The position numbers and the translations under genes were made by a program. Below the pieces are notes generated by a model that saw only the letters and a program-made list of their open reading frames with translations, was not told where the DNA came from and ran no database searches. A stretch of 64,000 nucleotides of DNA. Origin: Bacilli bacterium (GTDB taxonomy: Bacteria; Bacillota_I; Bacilli_A; RFN20; CAG-826). Shown here piece by piece: positions 1 through 8,612 of the stretch (positions are counted from its first letter, which is position 1; every line of letters starts with the position of its first letter). The stretch covers positions 96,001 to 160,000 of the forward strand of contig JAZLKX010000025.1 of assembly GCA_045597865.1 (NCBI GenBank), in the 5' to 3' direction.

Positions 1-2
1 AA

Positions 3-335
3 GGAAAATTAAATACAGTTATGAAAATTTCATTAGCACTTATGATTGCTGGTGCTATTGGTAACTTAATCGATAGAGCGTTCTATTGGGAATCCACAGT
101 TGGTTTTAGTGGTGTTATTGACTGGATTTCAGTTTATTTCGGTTCATATTCATTCCCAATCTTTAACATAGCAGATTCTGCTTTAGTAGTGGGTGTTATT
201 ATTCTTCTTGTTTACGTCATTATTGAATCGATTCAAGATGCAATTAAGGCAGGAAAAGAAGGAGAATATAAATATTCTCCAAAGGAATTACAAGAAAAAG
301 AACAAGTTAAAAATGAAGACAATCAAGATAAATAA
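3..335 (+). CDS. lspA: lipoprotein signal peptidase II, 5'-truncated by window edge
   Basis: Motifs GAIGNLIDR, GVIDWI and FPIFNIAD; frame open to the window start; directly upstream of rluD as in Bacillota. Confidence 0.93.
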   Translation, partial: GKLNTVMKISLALMIAGAIGNLIDRAFYWESTVGFSGVIDWISVYFGSYSFPIFNIADSALVVGVIILLVYVIIESIQDAIKAGKEGEYKYSPKELQEKEQVKNEDNQDK

Positions 336-1215
336 AGATTTAGAGAACACTAGACTTGATAAGGCATTATCTCTTCTTTTAGAAGATGTTTCTAGAAGCA
401 AGATTCAAGAACATCTCGATAATGGCCTTATTTTAGTGAACTCTAAAAAAGAAAAATCTTCATATAAACTTAGAGAAAATGATGAAATTACAGTGGAAGA
501 TTTCCCAGTTAAATCATTAGAAGTTGAAGCTGAAGATATTCCACTTGATATTGTCTATGAAGATAACGATGTTATTGTTATTAATAAACCTAAGGGTTTA
601 GTTGTTCATCCAGGCGCTGGAAATGAAGAACACACTTTAGCAAATGCACTTAAATTTCACAGCGATTCTTTAAGCACAATTAATGGTGAATATAGACCAG
701 GAATTGTTCATCGTATTGATAAAGATACCGCAGGCTTATTAATTGTTGCAAAAAATGATGCTGCTCACGCATTCCTTTCTAACCAACTTTCTGATCATAC
801 ATTAGGAAGAAAATACTATGCTTTAGTTCTTGGCGTTATTAAAGAGAACGAAGGCAAGATTATTGCACCTATTGGTCGTGATCAAAAGTATCGCCAAAAA
901 ATGGCGGTGGATATGATGCACGGAAAAGATGCAGAAACATCATTTAAAGTTATTGAAAGGTTTAAAGATTCTACTTTAGTAGAATGTATCTTAAAAACTG
1001 GACGTACACACCAGATTCGTGTACATATGGATTACATTGGTCATCCAGTTATTGGAGACCCAATTTATGGCAAAGGAAATAGAGCCTTCTATGACGATGG
1101 TCAATTACTCTTTGCTCATGAGATTCATTTTATTCATCCAGCAACAAAAAAGGAGATGACTTTCTCAGTCGATCTCCCTAAGTATTTTGTGGATGTAATT
1201 ACTTCGCTTCGATAA
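313..1215 (+). CDS. rluD: RluA-family 23S rRNA pseudouridine synthase with S4 domain
   Basis: S4 start RLDKAL..SRSKIQ, INKPKGLVVHP, catalytic HRIDKDT, TGRTHQIRVH; ATG 313 preferred over ORF-track start 193, overlapping the lspA end. Confidence 0.95.
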   Translation: MKTIKINKDLENTRLDKALSLLLEDVSRSKIQEHLDNGLILVNSKKEKSSYKLRENDEITVEDFPVKSLEVEAEDIPLDIVYEDNDVIVINKPKGLVVHPGAGNEEHTLANALKFHSDSLSTINGEYRPGIVHRIDKDTAGLLIVAKNDAAHAFLSNQLSDHTLGRKYYALVLGVIKENEGKIIAPIGRDQKYRQKMAVDMMHGKDAETSFKVIERFKDSTLVECILKTGRTHQIRVHMDYIGHPVIGDPIYGKGNRAFYDDGQLLFAHEIHFIHPATKKEMTFSVDLPKYFVDVITSLR

Positions 1216-2122
1216 CTTCTTTGTAGTTAGCGAAATTCTTCTTACAAACTTTATTGAATTCGGTAATTCCGAATTTTTTTACGAATTCTTTTGCAAATTC
1301 AGTAACTTTTGCACTTGCTCCGTATGGAATTTTCATACCATATTTTTCTGATAATAAATTCATGTGTTGAATGAATGAATAACGAGCGATAATGCTACCG
1401 ACTGCAACAGACGGGAAGTAAGTTTCACCTTTTGTTTTGAAGGTAATTCCTCTTACAACTTCAGTTTCAAAGAAGACATATTTGTAATAATTTTCTTCTT
1501 TTAAGAATTCATCAACTAGGATGTTTGTAACATCGCAATGTTTCTTGTGAAGGTTGAACAAAACACGGTTGTGCATCTTGGCTTTCATCTCGTTCATGTT
1601 CATCTTTTTATCCACAAGTTCATTATATTTTTCATTATTCAATGAAAGTTGTGAATATTCGAATTCTTTAATGAGAATTTTGCCAATCTCCATAATTTGA
1701 GCATCACTAAGACGTTTTGAATCATCAACGCCAAGAGCTTTTAATCTCTTAATGTCTTGTTTTCTTACATATGCAGCACAAACACAGATTGGTCCGAATA
1801 AGTCTCCGGTGCCAACTTCATCTGATCCAATTTGATCATCAAGAATTTCCCACGATGCTTTTGTAGGATTTTTCTTTTCTTTTGGCTCATTTGGTTCAGC
1901 ATTTTCGTCCCAGCGTTTTGCCTCATTAAGAGCATTTTCTCCAATGAACATAACCTTGTGATAGTTTTCTTTTTTGGAATGGTAGACTGTAATTGTTAAG
2001 TCTTTTGTTTGTCCAAAAAATAGGATGTACTCACCCTTGTTTTCTTTTTGAATTGAACCGTAATAATTAACGATTCTGTCCTTCATTTCTGAAGTTGCTT
2101 CAACTAAAACTCTTTGATTCAT
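1199..2122 (-). CDS. rnhC: ribonuclease HIII
   Basis: N-terminal TBP-like region, then IGSDEVGTGDLFGP, GVDDSKRL, SVAVGSIIAR. Confidence 0.93.
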   Translation of the reverse strand: MNQRVLVEATSEMKDRIVNYYGSIQKENKGEYILFFGQTKDLTITVYHSKKENYHKVMFIGENALNEAKRWDENAEPNEPKEKKNPTKASWEILDDQIGSDEVGTGDLFGPICVCAAYVRKQDIKRLKALGVDDSKRLSDAQIMEIGKILIKEFEYSQLSLNNEKYNELVDKKMNMNEMKAKMHNRVLFNLHKKHCDVTNILVDEFLKEENYYKYVFFETEVVRGITFKTKGETYFPSVAVGSIIARYSFIQHMNLLSEKYGMKIPYGASAKVTEFAKEFVKKFGITEFNKVCKKNFANYKEVIEAK

Positions 2123-2208
2123 AATTTAATTTTAACATAACGCACATAATAAATAAATTAATTTTTTAATTTTCTTTGAAAATTGCAATTTTAATAAATT
2201 GATTTTTC

Positions 2209-2310
2209 TTGACTTATTTTGTGTCAATTGATTTAATATAAACACTTGAAGTTTAAGACTTCGATACCCGTTCCTAGCATAAAAAATGATACGCAGGGCG
2301 GGATTTTTTT
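2209..2310 (+). ncRNA. candidate small RNA unit 1 (promoter, two hairpins, T-tract)
   Basis: TTGACT-N17-TTTAAT (2209-2237), hairpin TTGAAGT/ACTTCGA, second hairpin CCCG..CGGG and T7; no ORF. Confidence 0.4.
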
Positions 2311-2710
2311 ATCTCCATTTTTTCTTTAATCTCTGATGATTATCTTTATATGAAACAAAATGAGGATGTTTAAAAGCAAAATCTTTTATTTTTTTAGCCG
2401 AACTACTTGATACTTTTTCAATAATAATTTCTCCATCCAAAAAACTTATAGGGTGTCCACCAACTGTTGTTGAATAAATATCTCTTGTTATGCCACTATC
2501 TGCGTACTCAGAGAGTTCCTTTAAGCGAATATGACCAATTATACCTTTATTTGCCATATCTACTTTTTTAAAATTTGGCCTCGCAATATGTGTTAATTGA
2601 ATAGCTAAATTTTCTCCGCTTTTTTTGTTAGTGAAAATTGCATAGTAATGATAGTTATCATTTTTTCCATCTAAACTCATTTTAGAATCTTGAATTTTAA
2701 CAACCTTCAT
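2309..2710 (-). CDS. hypothetical basic 133-aa protein, weak PemK/MazF-like pattern
   Basis: Clean ORF; HYYAIF...NLAIQLTH recalls the beta-hairpin RPxLVI...VVPLTS of PemK-type folds (by eye only). Confidence 0.6.
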   Translation of the reverse strand: MKVVKIQDSKMSLDGKNDNYHYYAIFTNKKSGENLAIQLTHIARPNFKKVDMANKGIIGHIRLKELSEYADSGITRDIYSTTVGGHPISFLDGEIIIEKVSSSSAKKIKDFAFKHPHFVSYKDNHQRLKKKWR

Positions 2711-2713
2711 TTA

Positions 2714-2807
2714 TTGATTTTTAACAAAAAACTTGGTTTAAAATAAATACTCACTTTTAAATGAGTTTGCCACAAATGAGCTGAATAGGTTCGGTAACAT
2801 TTTTTTT
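2714..2807 (+). ncRNA. candidate small RNA unit 2
   Basis: TTGATT-N17-TTTAAA (2714-2742), hairpin ACTCA/TGAGT, hairpin TTGCC..GGTAA, T8. Confidence 0.3.
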
Positions 2808-2813
2808 ATTGCC

Positions 2814-2902
2814 TTGACTTTGTTTAAATCATTTGATTTAATCTAATTGCGCAAGAATTTTATTCTTAAACCTAGGCCGATTGACTGCCTGGGTTTTCTT
2901 TT
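2814..2902 (+). ncRNA. candidate small RNA unit 3
   Basis: TTGACT-N17-TTTAAT (2814-2842), hairpin AAGAAT/ATTCTT, terminator AAACCTAGGC/GCCTGGGTTT plus T-rich tail. Confidence 0.4.
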
Positions 2903-2980
2903 ATTTTTGTGTGCGTTTTTTGTTAACTCCTTTCAATATATATTTCAGGTAAATTTGTCATTTCCGATAAAAAACTTTTT

Positions 2981-3007
2981 AGACTTACAAAGTAAGTCTG
3001 TTTTTTT
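2981..3007 (+). terminator. intrinsic terminator
   Basis: AGACTTAC-AAA-GTAAGTCT followed by T7. Confidence 0.55.
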
Positions 3008-3093
3008 ACTCAAAATTCTGAAATCTCATAAGAACTTAAGTTTTTCGTGATTTTTGTAATTTTATAGATATAAACTGTGATATCATAATTGAT

Positions 3094-5409
3094 ATGCTCG
3101 ATATATATGGCACTTTAGAAATTAGCAAAGTACTTGAAGAAATTTCTTCTTTTTCATCCACTGAACTTGGCAAGAAGAAAGTCTTATCTTTAAGAATGCT
3201 TGAAAAAGAAGATGCAATTAAATCGCTTAAGCTTGTTGATGAAATGTCTTCTTTCATTCTTAGATATGGTTCTCTTCCAATTGCATCTTCTTTTGATCTT
3301 GCAAAATACATTGAGACTGCTAGAAAAGGAGGAATCCTTACTCCAGCAGAACTTGATCATATCGCCCTTGATATTTTAACTGCTAAAAAGATAAGCGATT
3401 TCTTTAGAAAAGCGGAGAAATCACTTTATTTTAATTTACTTAATGTAGTGGGGAAACTATATGATATTTCTCCGCTTGAATTAAAAATTCACTCTGTAAT
3501 TGCACCAAACTTATTTATTAAGGATGATGCATCTCCAACTCTTAATAAGATTAGAACTGCAATTCATAAACAAGAATTCGAAGTTAGACGAATTGCAGGA
3601 GCTCTTATTAAGCATTACAGTGAATTTTTAACTGAACAAACAATCACAATTAGAAATGATCACTTCGTCTTACCAGTAGATACTGCAAATAAATCTAAAG
3701 TCCCTGGTATTATTCATGATATTTCAGATTCTGGACAAACAACCTTCATCGAACCAATGAATTTAGTTCAGATGTCAAATGAACTTTGTTCATTAAAGGT
3801 TGAAGAGAAAGAAGAAATATATCGTTTACTAAAAGAATTAACTTTAGAAGTTGATTCTTATGCAAACGAGATTAACTCTAATAACAATGTTATTGGTGAG
3901 TTAGACTTTATTGCATCCAAAGCAAGTTATGGAAATAAACATAATTGCTTGGTTGCAAATATTAGCGACGATAAAGTTATAGAACTTGTCGGCGCTCGTC
4001 ATCCATTAATTGATGAAGATAAAGTAGTCGCTAACGATTTTACATTTAATAAAGAACAAAGAATCATTGTTATTTCTGGACCAAATGCCGGTGGCAAAAC
4101 TGTTGCCTTAAAAACACTTGGTCTTATGGTTATGATGAGCCAAATGGGAATTGCGATTCCTGCAAAAGAGCCAGCAAATCTCGCATATTTTCCACGAATT
4201 TACGCAGATATTGGAGATAACCAATCTCTTAGCGATAACCTATCTACGTTCGCTGCACACGTCTCAAATCTTTCTACAATTACACACTTTGTAACACATA
4301 AAGATTTAGTTCTTTTAGATGAACTTGGAACTGGAACTTCTCCAAATGAAGGAGAGGCTTTAGCACTTGCAGTAAGTGATTTCTTGCTTAACAAAAATTG
4401 TTTTGCGTTAATCTCATCTCACTTTGAGAGAATGAAAGAATACGCCTACCGCAGGGAAGGCGTTCAAAATGCAATGATGGTCTTTGATGATAAGAAGCTT
4501 ATTCCAACTTATTCATTAAAGATTGGATTCCCAGGTATATCTTATGGACTTGAGATGGCAATTCGTTATCATTTAGACAAAGATGTTATTGAGTCTGCAA
4601 AGAAAAACTTGTCAAAGACAAGCAATAGATCAATCTCAGATGTTTTAGATAAACTTAACAATGTTCTTCATGAGAATGAACAAATAAATAAGAAACTCAA
4701 AGAAGACAAACGTTTACTTGAAGGAAAAACAAAAGATATCAACTATCAAAGCAAAGTTTTACAAAGTAAGAAAGAAAATCTCTTAAGCGATGTTGAAGAA
4801 ACAAAACAAGAAATGATTGCTAAAGCAAAAAGAGAAATTGATGAAGCTTTGAAAGTTATGAATAATCCTCATGCTAAAGCTCATGAATTGATTGAAGCAA
4901 AAACAAAACTTTCTAAGATGGCTGAAGTTAGCGAAGACTTCCAAGAAGAAGACGATGAAATTCAACTTAACGATTATGTTGAAGTTGCAGAACTTTCACT
5001 GATCGGAAAAGTAGTGAAGATTAATAAAGATAAAGTTGAAATTATTACAACAGATGGAATGTCTGTTAAATCAACTCTTAATAAGTTAAGAAAAGTTTCA
5101 GTTGTGCCTGAAGCCAAGAAAACATCAAAACAAAATGTTGATGATTTGGTTATGGGCAAATCACAAGTTAAACTTGAACTTAATTTAATTGGAAAACACG
5201 TTGATGAAGCAATTCCAGAACTTGCTAAATATTTAGATGATTGTTTAGTTAGACACTTCAAAGAAGTGAGAATCATACACGGAATGGGAACAGGAGCACT
5301 TAGAGATGCTGTTAGAGATTATCTCGACAGCTGCGATTTTGTTGACTCGTATCGTTATGGCGAATCCTTTGAAGGTGCAACTGGAGCAACGGTGGTAACG
5401 TTAAAATGA
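3094..5409 (+). CDS. mutS2: MutS2 endonuclease/ATPase with C-terminal Smr domain
   Basis: GARHPLI, Walker A GPNAGGKT, SLSDNLSTF, LLDELGTGT, Smr IIHGMGTGALR. Confidence 0.96.
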   Translation: MLDIYGTLEISKVLEEISSFSSTELGKKKVLSLRMLEKEDAIKSLKLVDEMSSFILRYGSLPIASSFDLAKYIETARKGGILTPAELDHIALDILTAKKISDFFRKAEKSLYFNLLNVVGKLYDISPLELKIHSVIAPNLFIKDDASPTLNKIRTAIHKQEFEVRRIAGALIKHYSEFLTEQTITIRNDHFVLPVDTANKSKVPGIIHDISDSGQTTFIEPMNLVQMSNELCSLKVEEKEEIYRLLKELTLEVDSYANEINSNNNVIGELDFIASKASYGNKHNCLVANISDDKVIELVGARHPLIDEDKVVANDFTFNKEQRIIVISGPNAGGKTVALKTLGLMVMMSQMGIAIPAKEPANLAYFPRIYADIGDNQSLSDNLSTFAAHVSNLSTITHFVTHKDLVLLDELGTGTSPNEGEALALAVSDFLLNKNCFALISSHFERMKEYAYRREGVQNAMMVFDDKKLIPTYSLKIGFPGISYGLEMAIRYHLDKDVIESAKKNLSKTSNRSISDVLDKLNNVLHENEQINKKLKEDKRLLEGKTKDINYQSKVLQSKKENLLSDVEETKQEMIAKAKREIDEALKVMNNPHAKAHELIEAKTKLSKMAEVSEDFQEEDDEIQLNDYVEVAELSLIGKVVKINKDKVEIITTDGMSVKSTLNKLRKVSVVPEAKKTSKQNVDDLVMGKSQVKLELNLIGKHVDEAIPELAKYLDDCLVRHFKEVRIIHGMGTGALRDAVRDYLDSCDFVDSYRYGESFEGATGATVVTLK

Positions 5410-7163
5410 CAGAAGCAGTAAAAGTTGCAATTCCATTACTTCCACGTAGACCTGGTTGCTACCTCATGAAGGATAAGGACAACAAGGTAATTTATGTAGG
5501 AAAAGCTAAGAACCTTTTTAATAGAGTTTCTCAGTATTTTTTACGTCCTCAAGTGGGTAAAGTTGCAGCAATGGTTAGTCATGTTGATCACTTCGAAACA
5601 ATCATTACAAAAACTGATAAAGAAGCATTCATTTTAGAGCTCAATTTAATTCATCAATATTACCCTCGTTATAACATACTTTTGAAGGACGCAAAACACT
5701 ATCCGTATATTGCTCTAAAAAAGAAGAATGATCCATACCTGAAAATTGCAAGGAATGACAAGGACAAAAACTACTATTATTTTGGTCCATTTCCAACCTC
5801 TGGATACGCTTATCAAGTCATCGATTTACTTAATAAATTATTCCCGACAAGAAAGTGTAGAAACGTTCCAAATGAACCATGTCTTTACTATCATATGGGT
5901 ATGTGTTTAGCGCCTTGTATCAACAAAGTTTCAGAGCAAGAAAATGACAAACTTTTTAATGAAATAAAAACCTTCTTGGAAGGAAATAATCCAGAAATTG
6001 CTAGGGAAATTAAAGAAAAAATGCAAATTGCTAGCGAAAACCTAGAGTTTGAAAAAGCAAATGATCTAAAGAAAACTTTAGATGCAATTGAACACGTCTT
6101 AGCAAAGCAAGGAGTAGAGAATAAAGACCACGTTAATCGTGATGTTTTCGCATACACAACTAGGGATGGTTATCTCTCACTTGCCATCTTAACTTACCGC
6201 AATGGATTACTACTTGGAAAAGAGAGCTATATTGTTGAAGAATTTGGAGACAATATTGAACAAATTTCTGACCTCATTTTCCAATACTATGAATCACACT
6301 CTTTACCAAAAGAAATTTTGATGAATATCGAAGGTGTTTCTGAGATACTTTCTCCGTTACTTGAAACCAAGTTTGTTTCGGTTACAAAAGGTAAGTTAAT
6401 TGAACTCATTGAAATGGCAAATTTGAATGCTGTTCAATCTTTAGATTCACACTTTATGTCTGCTAGACTTACCGATGATAATTCAGGGTTACTCGATGAC
6501 CTTGGAAATAGACTTGGAATTAAGACTCCATACCGAATCGAGCTTTTCGATAATTCACACATTCAAGGTGACGCTCCTGTTGGCGCAATGGTCGCATTTA
6601 TTAATGGTGAACCAGTGAAGAAAATGTATAGAAAGTTCAACATTGAAGGAAAAGAAAAACGTGATGATTATGCTTCTATGAAGGAAGTTATGACAAGACG
6701 TTATTCTCGTTTAAAAGAAAATGGTGATGAAATGCCAGATTTAATTTTAACTGATGGCGGGCTTGGACAAATTCACGCTGGATGTGAAGTTATAGATGAA
6801 CTTGGATTATCTATTCCTGTTTTTGGATTGTTTAAAAACGACAAGCACCAAACAAAAGGACTTATGGATAAAGACGGAAATGTAATATCACTTGAAGACA
6901 ATAAACCATTGTTTTTCTTACTTGTAAGAATGCAAGATGAAGTTCATAGATTTGCTATTGGATTTCACCATCAAAAACGTGGTAAGAATTTCACAAAGTC
7001 AATATTAGATGACATTGAAGGTTTAGGAGACAAGAGAAAGCAAATTGTTTTAGATCATTACACTGACATTGATATGCTTAAAAAAACAACAGTTGAAGAG
7101 TTGTCGCAATACCTTCCAAAAGATGTTGCAGAGCGAATTGTTAAGAAAATTAGTGAAAACTAA
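5406..7163 (+). CDS. uvrC: excinuclease ABC subunit C
   Basis: PGCYLM..VIYVGKAKNL GIY-YIG, FDNSHIQG, LTDGGLGQ, QDEVHRFAI, HhH; ATGA overlap with mutS2. Confidence 0.97.
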   Translation: MTEAVKVAIPLLPRRPGCYLMKDKDNKVIYVGKAKNLFNRVSQYFLRPQVGKVAAMVSHVDHFETIITKTDKEAFILELNLIHQYYPRYNILLKDAKHYPYIALKKKNDPYLKIARNDKDKNYYYFGPFPTSGYAYQVIDLLNKLFPTRKCRNVPNEPCLYYHMGMCLAPCINKVSEQENDKLFNEIKTFLEGNNPEIAREIKEKMQIASENLEFEKANDLKKTLDAIEHVLAKQGVENKDHVNRDVFAYTTRDGYLSLAILTYRNGLLLGKESYIVEEFGDNIEQISDLIFQYYESHSLPKEILMNIEGVSEILSPLLETKFVSVTKGKLIELIEMANLNAVQSLDSHFMSARLTDDNSGLLDDLGNRLGIKTPYRIELFDNSHIQGDAPVGAMVAFINGEPVKKMYRKFNIEGKEKRDDYASMKEVMTRRYSRLKENGDEMPDLILTDGGLGQIHAGCEVIDELGLSIPVFGLFKNDKHQTKGLMDKDGNVISLEDNKPLFFLLVRMQDEVHRFAIGFHHQKRGKNFTKSILDDIEGLGDKRKQIVLDHYTDIDMLKKTTVEELSQYLPKDVAERIVKKISEN

Positions 7164-7202
7164 TTGAAAAAGAAGGCAGTTTGCTCTATATTATTAGTCG
7201 TT

Positions 7203-7279
<77 letters not shown>

Positions 7280-7291
7280 CTATTACGAAAT

Positions 7292-7320
7292 AAAGATGAT
7301 AAATTTATCATCTTTTTTTT
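7292..7320 (+). terminator. intrinsic terminator after tRNA
   Basis: AAAGATGATA/TATCATCTTT hairpin plus T-run. Confidence 0.8.
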
Positions 7321-7674
7321 GTTTAATAAGCAACCGTTGTGTTATTTTTTGGCATAAAAGAATTCTCCAAACAATCTTTTTTGAACCACTCTCGGGATGA
7401 CTCAATTTTTAGCGAATTTGGTTTTAAGTCAGTTAAATTAATTCCTTTTAATATATTAATAAGATATATAACAAAGAAAGAAAATTGCTCTACTAAAACA
7501 AATGGAAAAAATAATAAAAAAATGATATAAAAAACTTAACTAAAAATGATGTTTAATTTTGATAAAAAATAGACGGAGAAATATATTAAAAAAATAACAA
7601 AAATCAAAGAACAAAATTGTACTAAATATTAAAAAATAGACTAGAGTCTACTTTTATATATCCTGAAAAATTAT

Positions 7675-8106
7675 TTATTGTAATTTCCAATAATAACCGC
7701 CAGCTCTTTTTTGATTTCCTTTAAGAACTTCTCGGATGGATTTTGCACAAGTTTTTGTTTCTTTTGCTGCCTCTAAAATTGAGGCATATTTTTTAATGAT
7801 ATTTCCGTTTTCATCTAATTTGAGAACACCAACTTTACAATTTTTGTTTTTGTTTATTTTTTTATACTTTGAAATAGGTTTTTTGCTGAAGTTTTCTTTT
7901 TTAACCCATCTCATTTGATAACCGTGTAGTGATGATCCTATTCCATTTGCACATTTCACAACCGAACGGTAAAAACAATTGAGGCTATTTGCACACTCAA
8001 GGGCAGTTTCATAAAACGAAACATAATTACCATCTAAATCGTATAGAACGAGCAGACAATCTTTGTGTAAATGAGCGTTCGACATATTAATTATTTTAAT
8101 GTCCAA
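7675..8106 (-). CDS. tandem NUMOD1/IENR1-like HTH DNA-binding protein without nuclease domain
   Basis: Two repeats YDLDGNYV..Y.T..ECA...GYQMRW and LDENGNIIKKYASILEAAK...AGGYYWK; start uncertain (TTG 8106 or ATG 8085). Confidence 0.75.
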   Translation of the reverse strand: MDIKIINMSNAHLHKDCLLVLYDLDGNYVSFYETALECANSLNCFYRSVVKCANGIGSSLHGYQMRWVKKENFSKKPISKYKKINKNKNCKVGVLKLDENGNIIKKYASILEAAKETKTCAKSIREVLKGNQKRAGGYYWKLQ

Positions 8107-8228
8107 GTCCTTGTATGCGTCGTGCTCACAAACCCTTCAATAAGTGGGTTAATTTTCTACTTGACACAGGTTCAAAACACCCAAAACAATAGGGACAAAC
8201 CCAAAAACATCAATAATTTTTCATATTT

Positions 8229-8268
8229 CTACTACTAGTAGTAGTTGGCACTCACGCGTATAGAGTGC
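8229..8268. promoter_or_regulatory. 16-bp perfect palindrome plus hairpin upstream of the CTT tract
   Basis: CTACTACT|AGTAGTAG at 8229-8244; GCACTC..GAGTGC at 8248-8268. Confidence 0.5.
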
Positions 8269-8303
8269 TTGCTTCTTCTTCTTCTTCTTCTTCTTCTTAT
8301 AAT
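8269..8303 (+). promoter_or_regulatory. sigmaA-like promoter whose spacer is a (CTT)9 microsatellite
   Basis: TTGCTT 8269-8274, (CTT)9 8272-8298, TATAAT 8298-8303; present spacer 23 bp. Confidence 0.6.
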
Positions 8304-8612
8304 AGTAAACAGAGGAGTTTGAGGAGAGTTTGATTTTAATCAATGGAGACACATTCATAATCGTGTCTTCAGTGATAACAAAAAGCGAAATCGAACGAAA
8401 ACTCAAAAAGTAGGAAGAAATTGAAATTTGGGAAAAGAATATCAATGCATAATACTCTTAAATCCAAACAAAATTTTCTTCTCAAAGTGATGCATCAAAT
8501 TGCATTCACGATTGTCGGTCTTGGTTATTAACTTATATCCCCGGAGTTTTAGCCAAATTAATAATCGAAATTCCCAAATAAAAGGATTATGGGAGGAAAG
8601 GAGAAGTTTTGT

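Noticed and set aside
193-312. Extended N-terminus of rluD
   Set aside because: Overlaps lspA coding sequence; the S4 domain begins right after ATG 313
2847-3050. 67-aa ORF between rnhC and mutS2
   Set aside because: TTG start, low-complexity sequence, crosses two terminator hairpins
7339-7530. 63-aa ORF after the tRNA
   Set aside because: GTG start without RBS, AT-rich low-complexity end, no motif
8221-8445. Minus-strand ORF with poly-Lys
   Set aside because: Poly-Lys is just the reverse complement of the CTT tract; no RBS or recognisable domain
8107-8612. c-di-GMP riboswitch or invertible promoter upstream of the giant gene
   Set aside because: No GEMM consensus recognised, no long flanking inverted repeats, no recombinase
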